Virus record (IMG/VR): IMGVR_UViG_3300007735_000801 | DNA length: 64,000 nucleotides | DNA from: a virus | Reading direction: 5' to 3' (one strand) | Shown here: positions 24,268-34,182 of the stretch, piece after piece | Layout: every line of letters begins with the position of its first letter | How positions within the stretch are numbered: position 1 is the stretch's first letter | Made by a program: the position numbers and the translations under genes | The notes under the pieces: generated by a model | What the model saw: the letters and a program-made list of their open reading frames with translations, nothing else | Databases searched by the model: none | What the model was told of the DNA's origin: nothing

Positions 24268-24681
24268 ATGAGTAACAAAAATGTTGAAAAATGCCACACT
24301 GTGATAATGATTCATGGTCAATGCAAAAATGAATGGTGTTATGCATACGGTATCTGTGCCTTGTGTAAAAAATGTGACAACTGTTGCCAATGTGCTTACT
24401 TGCCTTGCCAAAAATGCATTTGTGATGCGTGTAATGAACAGATGAGTAAGGACACAATTAAAACAGATGATCAAGATATTTGGAACAGACTTCACGATGA
24501 ACTATATGAGCGAAGAACCGCCATGACAGAAATGTCTGAACAGATTACAAAACTCCGCAATGAGCGTGACGAAGCAAGGCGATTCTACTGTTCTGAAAAT
24601 TCTCTACCACACGGTACTTCTGCTGAAAATGTAGCCAAGTGCATGGGTTGGGATTGCTACAAGAAAGACGAAACAAAATGA
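24268..24681 (+). CDS. Cys-rich hypothetical protein
   Basis: Cys cluster followed by ERDEARR..GWDC. Confidence 0.6.
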   Translation: MSNKNVEKCHTVIMIHGQCKNEWCYAYGICALCKKCDNCCQCAYLPCQKCICDACNEQMSKDTIKTDDQDIWNRLHDELYERRTAMTEMSEQITKLRNERDEARRFYCSENSLPHGTSAENVAKCMGWDCYKKDETK

Positions 24682-25253
24682 GTAAAACAACATTCTTAAT
24701 CGGTTGCACACATTTTGGACACGACAAGATGTATAAGTTTCTCAATAATGACGGCACAAAAGTTCGTCCATTCGAAAACGCTAAAGAAGGTGATGCTGTC
24801 ATGCTTGAGCGTTGGAACAGCGTTGTTGGCGTTAACGACAAGGTGTATGTGCTTGGTGATGTTGCGGTTACAAGCGAGTCCCTGTCTATCTTAAAGAAGT
24901 GCAACGGCAAGAAGATTCTGATTCAAGGAAACCACGATAATCTGAGTGTTTCCGAGTATATGAAATACTTCAAGGACATTCGTTCTTCTCATAAATTAGA
25001 TGGTGAAATATTATCACACATTCCTATTCACCTTGATTCCCTATGGAGAGAAAAAAAGAATAAAAATTGGTTGAATATTCATGCTCACCTTCACCAAAAG
25101 TACGTAACATTGCCACCTAATCCTATACAGATGATAAATGGTATGCGATCTGAGGATCCTCGTTACTTCTCTGTATGTGTTGAGCGTATTGGATATAAAC
25201 CAATTAGCATTGATGAAATTCGGAACTTGACAAACCCCAAATCGGTGGTATAA
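24678..25253 (+). CDS. calcineurin-like metallophosphoesterase
   Basis: THFGH, LGD, GNHD, LSHIP and HAHLH motifs (first metal Asp appears replaced by Cys). Confidence 0.85.
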   Translation: MSKTTFLIGCTHFGHDKMYKFLNNDGTKVRPFENAKEGDAVMLERWNSVVGVNDKVYVLGDVAVTSESLSILKKCNGKKILIQGNHDNLSVSEYMKYFKDIRSSHKLDGEILSHIPIHLDSLWREKKNKNWLNIHAHLHQKYVTLPPNPIQMINGMRSEDPRYFSVCVERIGYKPISIDEIRNLTNPKSVV

Positions 25254-25254
25254 T
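25227..25254 (+). promoter_or_regulatory. promoter TTGACA-N16-TATAAT, leaderless uvsE
   Basis: ATG 6 nt after TATAAT. Confidence 0.8.
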
Positions 25255-25260
25255 TAAATC

Positions 25261-26190
25261 ATGATCAGACATTTAGGATATGCTTGCCAGAACCTGTCAC
25301 TACAAACAGGCAGAAAATTATCTGAGCGTATACAAACCAGTAGAACTATTCGTATGAAGAACTTTACCCTGCAACGAGCAGGTGAACTTGCTGTTAGGAA
25401 TAGTGCTGACCTTCTGCCTATTCTTAAGTGGAATGCCAAAAACAATATTAAATTTTTTCGTATTGGCAGTGATATATTTTCGTTTATGGATCATGCCGAT
25501 CTTGCCTATACTCTAGATGATTTAGACTCAAATCATCGCACAAAAATTATTCAAAATTTTGCTGAAGCAGGAGCGTTTGCACAGGCTAATGGTATGCGCC
25601 TATCTTGTCATCCTGGACCGTATACCTGCCTAGCCTCTCCTAATCCGAGCATTGTAGAGAAGAGTATTACCAGTCTGCGTATGCATTCGCTGATTGCTGA
25701 TCTGTTAGGTTACGGCGAAGAGTTTGCCATCAACATTCATGTGGGCGGAGTATACGAAGATAAGGCGGCTACAGCAAAACGATTTGTCCAAGTATACCGA
25801 CAGTTGACACCACTCTTGCAGAGACGACTCACTCTAGAAAACGACGATAAAGCCTCTATGTGGAGCATACAGGAGTTGTACGATCTTGTTCATCAGGATT
25901 GCGGTGTGAAACTAGTACTAGACATTCATCATCACAAGTTTTGCCAAGGCGGCAATACTCTAGAAACTGCTGCCCAATTAGCGTTCTCTACTTGGGTAGG
26001 ATTTTCAGAAATTCCAAAGATACACTATTCAGAGTCCAAAGCCAACTCACGACCACAAGCCCACTCCGACTATCTAAAAGAAAGTATTCCAGTATTGTGC
26101 AACGATACCGAATACGATGTAATGATTGAAGCAAAATCCAAAGACCTAGCCCTACTACACTACAAGAAAGAGATACTCAATGAACGATGA
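25261..26190 (+). CDS. uvsE: UV DNA damage endonuclease
   Basis: LGYAC, FFRIGSD, RLSCHPG, INIHVGG, RLTLENDD, LDIHHH, HYSE, AHSDY, MIEAKSKD. Confidence 0.95.
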   Translation: MIRHLGYACQNLSLQTGRKLSERIQTSRTIRMKNFTLQRAGELAVRNSADLLPILKWNAKNNIKFFRIGSDIFSFMDHADLAYTLDDLDSNHRTKIIQNFAEAGAFAQANGMRLSCHPGPYTCLASPNPSIVEKSITSLRMHSLIADLLGYGEEFAINIHVGGVYEDKAATAKRFVQVYRQLTPLLQRRLTLENDDKASMWSIQELYDLVHQDCGVKLVLDIHHHKFCQGGNTLETAAQLAFSTWVGFSEIPKIHYSESKANSRPQAHSDYLKESIPVLCNDTEYDVMIEAKSKDLALLHYKKEILNER

Positions 26191-26386
26191 ACCAGTCGAT
26201 AAGTTACTTAGTCCACTTGCAGAAAAAGTTGTTACTGACTATGCAACAGAATTTTTAAAAACTGTAGATGCCATAGAAAATCCTTCCGAGAACAAAAAGG
26301 TAATGGATCTTAGAGGATACGCTAAAGAATTTTTAGATTATATTAACAAACTAGAAGATAAGGATCAAGGAGACGAACACCCGTGA
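26180..26386 (+). CDS. hypothetical protein
   Basis: Coupled ORF. Confidence 0.6.
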   Translation: MNDEPVDKLLSPLAEKVVTDYATEFLKTVDAIENPSENKKVMDLRGYAKEFLDYINKLEDKDQGDEHP

Positions 26387-26781
26387 ACAAGACACCATTT
26401 GGATACTCATATTATCTTGATATGTACGACTGCAGAGAGGGAGCAGCCGATGACTTGGAACTCCACTATAGGTTCCTAGAACGAGTTGTGGACAAGATTG
26501 GAATGACTCGTATGTCACAGCCTGTTGTGATGCACGGTCCTACTAAAGATGGTGATGAAATCTATCCTGACAAGGCAGGAGTAAGTGGCTGGGTTCCTCT
26601 GATTGAGAGTGGTATTCAGATTCACTCCATGGAGCCTAAACGTTTTATTACCCTGGATGTATATTCCTGCAACAAGTTTGACTGTGAAATTATTTACAAT
26701 TACGCTAAAGAATGCTTTGGGTTTACCGACTCAGAACACAATTTCTTTGTGCGTGGCAGAAACTACGGAAGTATCAAATGA
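26383..26781 (+). CDS. speD: S-adenosylmethionine decarboxylase proenzyme-like
   Basis: GVSGWVPLIES-GIQIH..TLDVYSC. Confidence 0.8.
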   Translation: MNKTPFGYSYYLDMYDCREGAADDLELHYRFLERVVDKIGMTRMSQPVVMHGPTKDGDEIYPDKAGVSGWVPLIESGIQIHSMEPKRFITLDVYSCNKFDCEIIYNYAKECFGFTDSEHNFFVRGRNYGSIK

Positions 26782-27086
26782 CTCTACCACACGAAGAAGT
26801 AAACAGTCTGAAAGAAACACGCAAATTTCTGGTTCAATTGATGACTAGCAAACCTGCAGCACCGAAGTGGATTCGCCAACGAGCATCGAGTTTGCTTAAA
26901 CATTTTCCTTGGGAGTATAATGGAGTAAATCTTATTCCTATGGATGAACTGTATCCAGAACTGTACATAGGGTTTGAAGAAAAGACCTATGCCAAAGCAG
27001 ACAAACGCTACGATGAGATGGTTCTCAAAACGGGCAAGAAGGTTATGAAGAAATACAAGAAAGCCCTGAAGAAACTAAAGGACTAA
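26778..27086 (+). CDS. BPSL0761-like hypothetical protein
   Basis: MTLPHEE..FL..PKWIRQRA..LKHFP. Confidence 0.65.
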   Translation: MTLPHEEVNSLKETRKFLVQLMTSKPAAPKWIRQRASSLLKHFPWEYNGVNLIPMDELYPELYIGFEEKTYAKADKRYDEMVLKTGKKVMKKYKKALKKLKD

Positions 27087-27204
27087 ATACAGATCTTGAA
27101 TGCGATTCGGGGGTTGTTCTTATTATGTGGGAAAAGCAGAGATGCATCCTATCAGTAAGAATTCACTGAAAGAGCAGCCCTCGAATCACATTCACCAACA
27201 CACC

Positions 27205-27594
27205 ATGTCTAACCTATTCGACAATTTTGATGACATGGTTGATGCACCAAAAAAGACCTGCATTTATTGCAAAGAAGAAAAGTCTTGTCGTGAATTTCCC
27301 AAGCATATTCAACACAAAGATAGATTAGACACAAGATGTAGATCCTGTATAAAAACTCAAAGTCAGTTAAGAGCAGTGCTTCACAAACAAGCACCACCCA
27401 AGCCAGATGTGTGTGAGTGTTGCGGAAAACCAACTGCTAAGTTTTGTTTGGATCACGACCACAAGACACTAAAGATTAGAGGATGGCTGTGTGATCCGTG
27501 TAACACAGGTATTGGAAAACTTGGAGACACTTTAGAAGGAATTGAAAAAGCTTTAAATTATTTGAAAGCGCATAAACAAAAGGAGACCGAATAA
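27205..27594 (+). CDS. endonuclease VII-like HNH protein
   Basis: CECCG..LDHDH..IRGWLCDPCNTGIGKLGD. Confidence 0.85.
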   Translation: MSNLFDNFDDMVDAPKKTCIYCKEEKSCREFPKHIQHKDRLDTRCRSCIKTQSQLRAVLHKQAPPKPDVCECCGKPTAKFCLDHDHKTLKIRGWLCDPCNTGIGKLGDTLEGIEKALNYLKAHKQKETE

Positions 27595-27989
27595 TGCAAA
27601 TTAATAAAAAATTAGAATACCTAGCAGAACAAGCAAAGCTTCGATTAACCTATCGAGCACAAGGATTATCAGAAGAACATATCGACCAACTTCTTGCTGG
27701 TAAAGCAAAGGATCCTGCTCCTCCTGTGGACTCAAAGAATTTCTTCTGTACTTCACGATACAACCAACCTCGTTACTACGACCTGTTGCCTAATGGAGAC
27801 ATTCTACTATACGGCAAGAGCGAGTTTGTTCGTCAAGGAGAAGGCATGTTTGACTTTGAGGGAGGACCATTCATTATGGCTGGTGATCCTCTAATGTCGG
27901 ACTCTGGTACTATTGGCGTTGTTGCGGATGTTGTGTTTCACGACGAAGGTCCTGAAGGATTCACTTGTTGTCGCATTACTTTAAAATAA
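27594..27989 (+). CDS. hypothetical protein
   Basis: AAGGAG RBS; FDFEGGPFI motif. Confidence 0.7.
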   Translation: MQINKKLEYLAEQAKLRLTYRAQGLSEEHIDQLLAGKAKDPAPPVDSKNFFCTSRYNQPRYYDLLPNGDILLYGKSEFVRQGEGMFDFEGGPFIMAGDPLMSDSGTIGVVADVVFHDEGPEGFTCCRITLK

Positions 27990-28002
27990 TACATAATATA
28001 CT

Positions 28003-28395
28003 ATGGAAAATATTAAAGAAGAATTAAGACAAATGATTAAAGATAAAATCTTATCCACCATTATGGAAGGTAAGAAATCCGAGAAACCTGTTCACGCTCC
28101 TCGTGGTGCTTCTAAGCAAAGACCAAAGAAGTGGAACAAAGGTGTGAAGTCTGGTTCTGAAGGAAAGAAAGAAAGACAAGAAGGCAAGAAGGAAGCCGCT
28201 GAAATGTACGAAGCGTCTGGTCCTTCTGATGGACAGATTCTTACTGATCTTATTCAAAGAGAAGCACAAAAATTAGCAGCCAACCCTAAACCTACTTCAC
28301 GTGGACCATCGGTACACATCAAGGATTTAACTGCGGAAAAAGACTTACTTCCTCGTTTTAAATCACTAATGTCAAAGTATAAAAAGCCTAAATAA
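28003..28395 (+). CDS. basic hypothetical protein
   Basis: 130 aa Lys-rich ORF. Confidence 0.65.
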   Translation: MENIKEELRQMIKDKILSTIMEGKKSEKPVHAPRGASKQRPKKWNKGVKSGSEGKKERQEGKKEAAEMYEASGPSDGQILTDLIQREAQKLAANPKPTSRGPSVHIKDLTAEKDLLPRFKSLMSKYKKPK

Positions 28396-28507
28396 CTATG
28401 ATCGGGCAAAGGATAGTGCCAGTGCGAACTGCGCTATTCATGCTAAAAAGGAACCGCTACCTTTCGACCATCGTAGTTCAAAAAGAGGCAGCAATGCCTC
28501 TTTTTGA
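28394..28507 (+). ncRNA. candidate small structured RNA with terminator
   Basis: After CTAAATA; closing stem AACTATGAT/ATCGTAGTT, GCGA-capped hairpin, terminator 28478-28507. Confidence 0.45.
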
Positions 28508-28640
28508 TTCTAGAGACAATATACATGAATGAACCCCTCCCAAATCACTCCTAACGTCTAGGAACGCTCCAGAATCGATTCTAGAGCCTTACAGGGCATG
28601 CTAGCCCCTAACACTAACAGCAAGAAAGCGACTTTATATT

Positions 28641-28961
28641 ATGCGTATATACCACAAATTTAAACGATGGATTGGCAAGAAGATGATTGACCGAGGATTT
28701 GACATTCTGCTCAGTATGGACGAAAAGGATTGGAACCCGAAAACCAACAAATACAGCGGTTCCATCAAGCAGGTTAAATATGCGATAGGCTTCTGGATGA
28801 CCACCTTGGGCATCAAGGCTGAAACCAAAGCCTTGGACAAGTTGAATTGGCCTGGCTTCGAAGACAACAAGTACTTTGACAAGAACTTCTACATCAAGAA
28901 GCCTATACGAAAACCACGCAGAAAGCCTTCGGAAGACTCAGACAACGAACCAATGCTTTAA
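28641..28961 (+). CDS. hypothetical protein
   Basis: 106 aa ORF. Confidence 0.65.
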   Translation: MRIYHKFKRWIGKKMIDRGFDILLSMDEKDWNPKTNKYSGSIKQVKYAIGFWMTTLGIKAETKALDKLNWPGFEDNKYFDKNFYIKKPIRKPRRKPSEDSDNEPML

Positions 28962-28964
28962 TTA

Positions 28965-29447
28965 TTAAGCAAGATTTCTTGGAGCATTTGGTCCTGGTGT
29001 GTATGTTGCTATGTGTCTATTAGATCCGTCACGAACAATCCGCATAGCGTGAGTTGGATCCGTAATGCTAAATCTTCCTGACTTAATGTGTTGTACAACA
29101 GCTATATTCATGTTTTCACTGTCAGCTTCATGCATTGCTGCCGCATGCGCTTGTCTTTCGTCATGGGGAATGAGATCATCATTCACATCAATTGCTGGGT
29201 TTGCTGAAGTAAAATATTGACCAGCATTATGCCTTGATACTTCCCCTGTTTGTAGAGAGGATGCTCTATTATCACCAGCTCCTGGTTTTATCGTTTGTAA
29301 TTCTGGTGTACCATCACTCCAGTCACGCTTTCCCCATCCCCACGTAGTATTTAATCCTTTTAAAGCTGGATCTCTTTTGGATTCATTAATAATTGGTTTT
29401 TTAGAGAATGAGTTTAAATGATTGAGGAAGTTGGTGAAATTGTTCAT
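28965..29447 (-). CDS. hypothetical protein, possible internal head protein
   Basis: MNNFTNFL..IINE leader resembles a protease-cleaved propeptide. Confidence 0.6.
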   Translation of the reverse strand: MNNFTNFLNHLNSFSKKPIINESKRDPALKGLNTTWGWGKRDWSDGTPELQTIKPGAGDNRASSLQTGEVSRHNAGQYFTSANPAIDVNDDLIPHDERQAHAAAMHEADSENMNIAVVQHIKSGRFSITDPTHAMRIVRDGSNRHIATYTPGPNAPRNLA

Positions 29448-29466
29448 ACCATTATCTATAATAACA

Positions 29467-29496
29467 AAGCTCCCACCGTCACAGGTGGGAGCTTTG
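29467..29496. terminator. bidirectional terminator-like hairpin
   Basis: AAAGCTCCCACC-GTCACA-GGTGGGAGCTTT. Confidence 0.75.
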
Positions 29497-29523
29497 CTTT
29501 GTAAAAACTTTAATTCGTTTTCT

Positions 29524-29658
29524 TTACTTTACTTGTTTAACTCGTTTGACTGGGACTTTGGGATTAGTAATTTTCTTTATTTTTGTTAGAATCTTCTTGA
29601 TCTTAGATTTAACTTTGGTAAGAACTCGTTTAATTAGGGTTTTGAGCTTGGTTATCAT
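29524..29658 (-). CDS. 44-aa highly cationic amphipathic peptide (not in the ORF track)
   Basis: MITKLKTLIKRVLTKVKSKIKKILTKIKKITNPKVPVKRVKQVK; ACTAAATA 4 nt upstream, hairpin downstream. Confidence 0.6.
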   Translation of the reverse strand: MITKLKTLIKRVLTKVKSKIKKILTKIKKITNPKVPVKRVKQVK

Positions 29659-29766
29659 ACTGTATTTAGTAAACTTGTATTTTCTATAGATACTAGTGTA
29701 TCCGATTGATTAAGGGTTAATCTATTCATTATTAGAGTATATTAATTAACTATTAGGGAAAAACGA

Positions 29767-30123
29767 ATGATCGACAAACTTCTTGGACTTCAAAATCAAC
29801 TTCGTGTCTACCACTGGCAGACCACTAGCTATTCCGAACACAAGGCTCTAGGCAAGGCTTACGAAGCCCTAGACGCATCCATTGACGCTTTTGTAGAGAC
29901 CTGGATGGGCGTACACGGCAAAGTGTCTGTGGCGGGTGGTATTCGTATGACTCTCCTAGACTATGCTTCGGATGGTGTCACAAAGCTGTTAGAGCAAGCC
30001 ACCGAATTCTTCACCACTGGTGAATTAGGTTCTGCCTTGAACGGTAATACGGATCTTGCGAATATTCGAGACGACATGCTGAGTACAGTTAATCATACCA
30101 AGTATCTCTTGACTCTTAAATAA
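29767..30123 (+). CDS. ferritin/Dps-like protein (DUF5856-like)
   Basis: QNQLRVYHWQTTSYSEHKALG..D.FVE..IRDDML..KYLLTL. Confidence 0.8.
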   Translation: MIDKLLGLQNQLRVYHWQTTSYSEHKALGKAYEALDASIDAFVETWMGVHGKVSVAGGIRMTLLDYASDGVTKLLEQATEFFTTGELGSALNGNTDLANIRDDMLSTVNHTKYLLTLK

Positions 30124-30149
30124 ATATTTTTTAGCAACAAAGTTCTTGT

Positions 30150-31943
30150 CTAGCAACAGTTGCAAAATGACACATAAGGTACGCATGTACCACAACCACT
30201 ATCTGTTTCGTCAAGCGAACACCCATACGCTCTCAATTTAGTAACAACATCGTAATGAGCAACAAGATTAGTTACAATAGGACCAGGAGGAACTCTTTGT
30301 ATTGGTGTTGAAATTCTGGTGTATGTTTTAGTATATGTTGATGTGCATCTTGGACCAAGCGTATCATTAATTATAGTTTCAGTCATTGAAACAGGTGCTT
30401 CTCCAGCACCACAAGTGTGATAATAACCATAGCTCTCAGTCACTCTGGTCCACTTGTAATCTCCCACAAAAGTATCCATTTCAATTTCAAATTGAGGTCT
30501 ACAGAAGGGACAATCTGTGGAGACTTTTCTGTCCTTACAAGAAAGTGTGCCAGTTGCGTTTTGTCCAAATTTTGACTGACAACTTTGACTGGGGCTGCTA
30601 CAATTTGGATTAAAGAGTGAACAGGTACAATCAGGAAGACTAGATTCCTCAGTAGTTAATTCATAATATTCGTATATAGTGCAAAACCTTTCCTCACAAG
30701 GAGCAAGACAAATATTACCATCGCAGGTTGTACCAAGACCTTTGAAATCTCCCAATTTAGTTGCTTGTCCATCAGAACCATATTCCGTAAAATTATCACA
30801 TTCGCATTGAGTGGTATTATCGATACACTCTATTCCAACCCAGTCAGGACATGGATCCTCTTCTGTTGGTGTTCCTGCTATTGAAACACAACAAGCACCA
30901 CGACATCCAATAATTCCTGTAGCTCCTGCTGTGGTTAAATTACAATCACCTGATTCAGTCCAAATCCAATCTCCTCCAGTTTTGCCAGAATAACCAGTAA
31001 TAGGATCTCTAACAGCATCCCAACTTTTTGCATTTTTATTTGCACATTCACATTCTGTTATGTTACTAATACAATCACATACATGTCTTTTTGATCTAGT
31101 GGAATTTCCTATAGAAGGTGCCAAACTAGTATTAGAAGAAGGAGGAACAAAGAATTCACTCGAAGGGTCTGAGGAGCAGGCTGTTTCGGGACCTGATTCA
31201 TCACTACTAAAAAATTCTCGTAAATCACAATAAAAATTAGGATTATTAGCTGAAGCCTTTCTGATATCTCGCCAAGAAGCGTGTTTGGTGCCATTTCGCA
31301 CTAAACCCAAATAAGATGTTTTAACCTTGTATATAAGTCTATATTTAGATTCAGCAGGAAATTGTGGATCACATTCTTTAGTGAAGTCAATGTCTTTATC
31401 AGTGATCGAAGGATCAATATATCTATTCAGTATATCATTGCCGCCTTGTCCAAAATAATAGTCAATAATAGTGTTGGTGTATTCGGTTTTACTCTGACAA
31501 CCTGGAGCACCACATAAGTCTTCAGTCCTCTCATAGTAAAAAAGATCAGTTCTGTATAATTTACAAAAACCTGGTGGAACATCATCTCCAGGATCATCTT
31601 GATCTTCAGGATAATTTGAACCACACATAGTTTCTGAACATTCTGCTTTATCTGGGTCTTCGCAGGTAGTGGGGGCACCATAAAGAGTCCAAGTTGCTTT
31701 TTGTTGACCTAAAATATTATAAGAATCACATTCACTTTTAGTTATTTCTTTAATACAATCAATTTTTTCAAGATATTCTCCTGAAGATGAAGAGGGATCA
31801 TTTGGATATACGTAACCCTGGACACAACAATTGCCAAGAGCTTCGATATAGCAACAAGTTCCTGTTGCACCGCTTGTATTTCCGCTTCCATCGGGAAAAA
31901 AACAAGTAATTCCTTTACAGCAACATGATCGCATATATGTCAT
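30150..31943 (-). CDS. Cys-rich virion-associated protein
   Basis: Many Cys, GTCC/GNCC/GACC motifs. Confidence 0.7.
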   Translation of the reverse strand: MTYMRSCCCKGITCFFPDGSGNTSGATGTCCYIEALGNCCVQGYVYPNDPSSSSGEYLEKIDCIKEITKSECDSYNILGQQKATWTLYGAPTTCEDPDKAECSETMCGSNYPEDQDDPGDDVPPGFCKLYRTDLFYYERTEDLCGAPGCQSKTEYTNTIIDYYFGQGGNDILNRYIDPSITDKDIDFTKECDPQFPAESKYRLIYKVKTSYLGLVRNGTKHASWRDIRKASANNPNFYCDLREFFSSDESGPETACSSDPSSEFFVPPSSNTSLAPSIGNSTRSKRHVCDCISNITECECANKNAKSWDAVRDPITGYSGKTGGDWIWTESGDCNLTTAGATGIIGCRGACCVSIAGTPTEEDPCPDWVGIECIDNTTQCECDNFTEYGSDGQATKLGDFKGLGTTCDGNICLAPCEERFCTIYEYYELTTEESSLPDCTCSLFNPNCSSPSQSCQSKFGQNATGTLSCKDRKVSTDCPFCRPQFEIEMDTFVGDYKWTRVTESYGYYHTCGAGEAPVSMTETIINDTLGPRCTSTYTKTYTRISTPIQRVPPGPIVTNLVAHYDVVTKLRAYGCSLDETDSGCGTCVPYVSFCNCC

Positions 31944-31952
31944 AATAAATTT

Positions 31953-32867
31953 TTATAAAGTTATATTTGGCAACGTATTAGCAAACGACGAATTATTAAC
32001 TAAAGTTGGTATAAACGTACCACCTCTAAGATCACATTGATATTTAGTGCTATTATTAAACTGAATACCATTTATTAGGCAGGTATTTAAAACGGTATCT
32101 GTTATATCTACAACTAAATTTGCAGAAGTATTATTCGATTTAATGTACAAATTAACTATTGAAGGTGACCCTATTAAATTTTCTGAAATTGCTGATTGTT
32201 TTAATTCTATTATATTTTTACCATTTAATATTGAAGTACCAATAACATCGTATCTTGTTGAATTATTTTGCGAATTTGGATTAACTACTTCAATAACGTC
32301 CCCTGCAATTATTCCTAATTTTTCTAAAGAATTATTTCCAATACCTGTTGGTGATGCCAATGCGTATCGTTTGGTTGATGCGTTTTGACCTAAAGTAACA
32401 CCACTTGTTATTTGTGGTGTATCAATAAAATATGTACCATAATAGATATCGGTTGATGTACTCTTATCTGTTGTGGAATTTACTGTAGCAAACACATAGT
32501 TATTTTTAAATTCGGAAAATGTTAAGCTGGAAGATAGGTCTGCTTCTAATGCTTTAGCTTCTTGTAAATAAGAACCACCACTTAAAGTAATACCACTAGT
32601 TTGATTTAGTCCAGCAAAAAAACTTTTGAGAAAAGTCTTGTCGCTGAAAGAAGCAAGACTATAATCCAAAATAACTTTGTTTACTGAATTTTCAGTGTAA
32701 AAAACTACATTTGGTTTTGATGTCAGAGTGGAGGTATTCTTATATAATTCACTTTCGTAATTAATAAATTGAAGAAAGTAAAAAATATCTGATCTGGCTA
32801 GCGTATACACCACTCCAGGAGTAGTGTTTTGGCTAACCGAACCACTTTTTGTATTTCGGACAGACAT
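31953..32867 (-). CDS. putative virion structural protein
   Basis: S/T/N-rich, in an operon with structural-type genes. Confidence 0.6.
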   Translation of the reverse strand: MSVRNTKSGSVSQNTTPGVVYTLARSDIFYFLQFINYESELYKNTSTLTSKPNVVFYTENSVNKVILDYSLASFSDKTFLKSFFAGLNQTSGITLSGGSYLQEAKALEADLSSSLTFSEFKNNYVFATVNSTTDKSTSTDIYYGTYFIDTPQITSGVTLGQNASTKRYALASPTGIGNNSLEKLGIIAGDVIEVVNPNSQNNSTRYDVIGTSILNGKNIIELKQSAISENLIGSPSIVNLYIKSNNTSANLVVDITDTVLNTCLINGIQFNNSTKYQCDLRGGTFIPTLVNNSSFANTLPNITL

Positions 32868-32871
32868 ATAA

Positions 32872-34125
32872 TTAGGTTGCTATGTACGTAAATGTAGCCG
32901 ATCCTGCAGTAACACCAAACGACACTGTATTCAAGTTATTAGATTCGATAAACAATATTTCGCCACTACCCAGAGCGTAAGTACTATTTGTTGTACCATT
33001 TCCTTGAATATTAATATCAATTGCAGATTTGTTCTTTACCGTAATACCAGTTTTAAGAGTTTGTGAACTCAGAGTTACCGTATTACCAAGAGTCAGACCA
33101 AGAGTTCTGGTTCCTGTATAAACCGTGCTTGGGCGTGTAATGGTAGTAATCTGTGTCTGAACAACAGTTCCAGTAAGACCACCACCATTCATGGACTTAC
33201 TAATATTTTCTGTATTAGTAATCAATGAGCTTAACTTGGAATCTACAGTTAAAATATTTGTATTAACTGATTCTAGATTTACTGCAACTGTTCCGTCTAC
33301 CACAACCTTGTTGCTCAAAGCTCCAGCATCCGTTACAATGACTACTGGGATTGCTTTAGAGGCTCCTTGAGTACCTACTACACGAACTTCTGGACCAGCA
33401 GTTGCCCCAGCAATATAGAACGGAGACGATTGACTGACACCAACCACGGCACTTACGCTGATTGTGGCAGTGATACCAGCACCAATAATATTAACGTTTA
33501 ATGCGCCACCAGAAGATCCAAGAGAATTACCGCTGCCGTCTCTTAGCATCACAGGAATATATGTGCCTCCTGCGCTGTTGTAGATTGCAATAGTATCATA
33601 ATTTTTGTTGGATGGAGGCAGATAAGAAACCGACACTGTGCTTCCAGTAATTGATACACTGTCTGTTGCAAAAGCCAGTCTGCGACCACCAGTAATACCG
33701 ATAGGGTTGATCAAGGAGAATGTGCTTCCGCCGTAAATCGTGATACCATTTGGAATATTAACATTTCCAGTAATACCCAATAATACACCATTGGTTGTTC
33801 CTTGAACATTACCATTGATCTGTACTTGAGCATAGCTAGAATTGGTAGTACCGCTAATAACCAAAGGAACGGCGGTAGAGCCAGATAATCCGTTTATAAT
33901 CTTGAAATTACCAAGACCACCAACACTACCAGTGATTCCTATGGTGGCAGTGGCTAGTCTGATGTCTACGGGAAGTGGATTACTTGTGGTAACTCTGTTT
34001 GAGGCAGCAGTATCTCCCCAAGCAATCTTACTTACTTGAAAATGACTACTGTTTACGTAATCGGTGGCAATAGCAGCGGTAGTTCCTGTAACATCAACAA
34101 TTAGATTCGGGTCTGTATCGGGCAT
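32872..34125 (-). CDS. putative virion structural/fibre protein
   Basis: G/T/S/V-rich beta protein; GGAG RBS. Confidence 0.65.
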   Translation of the reverse strand: MPDTDPNLIVDVTGTTAAIATDYVNSSHFQVSKIAWGDTAASNRVTTSNPLPVDIRLATATIGITGSVGGLGNFKIINGLSGSTAVPLVISGTTNSSYAQVQINGNVQGTTNGVLLGITGNVNIPNGITIYGGSTFSLINPIGITGGRRLAFATDSVSITGSTVSVSYLPPSNKNYDTIAIYNSAGGTYIPVMLRDGSGNSLGSSGGALNVNIIGAGITATISVSAVVGVSQSSPFYIAGATAGPEVRVVGTQGASKAIPVVIVTDAGALSNKVVVDGTVAVNLESVNTNILTVDSKLSSLITNTENISKSMNGGGLTGTVVQTQITTITRPSTVYTGTRTLGLTLGNTVTLSSQTLKTGITVKNKSAIDINIQGNGTTNSTYALGSGEILFIESNNLNTVSFGVTAGSATFTYIAT

Positions 34126-34182
34126 TTATTTCTCCAAGTATTATTTGTATTATTCATGAAAGCTGTTATATATATGTGTACT

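Noticed and set aside
452-27594. HNH/EndoVII genes as intron-encoded elements
   Set aside because: They are free-standing between intact genes and I see no interrupted host gene or intron core
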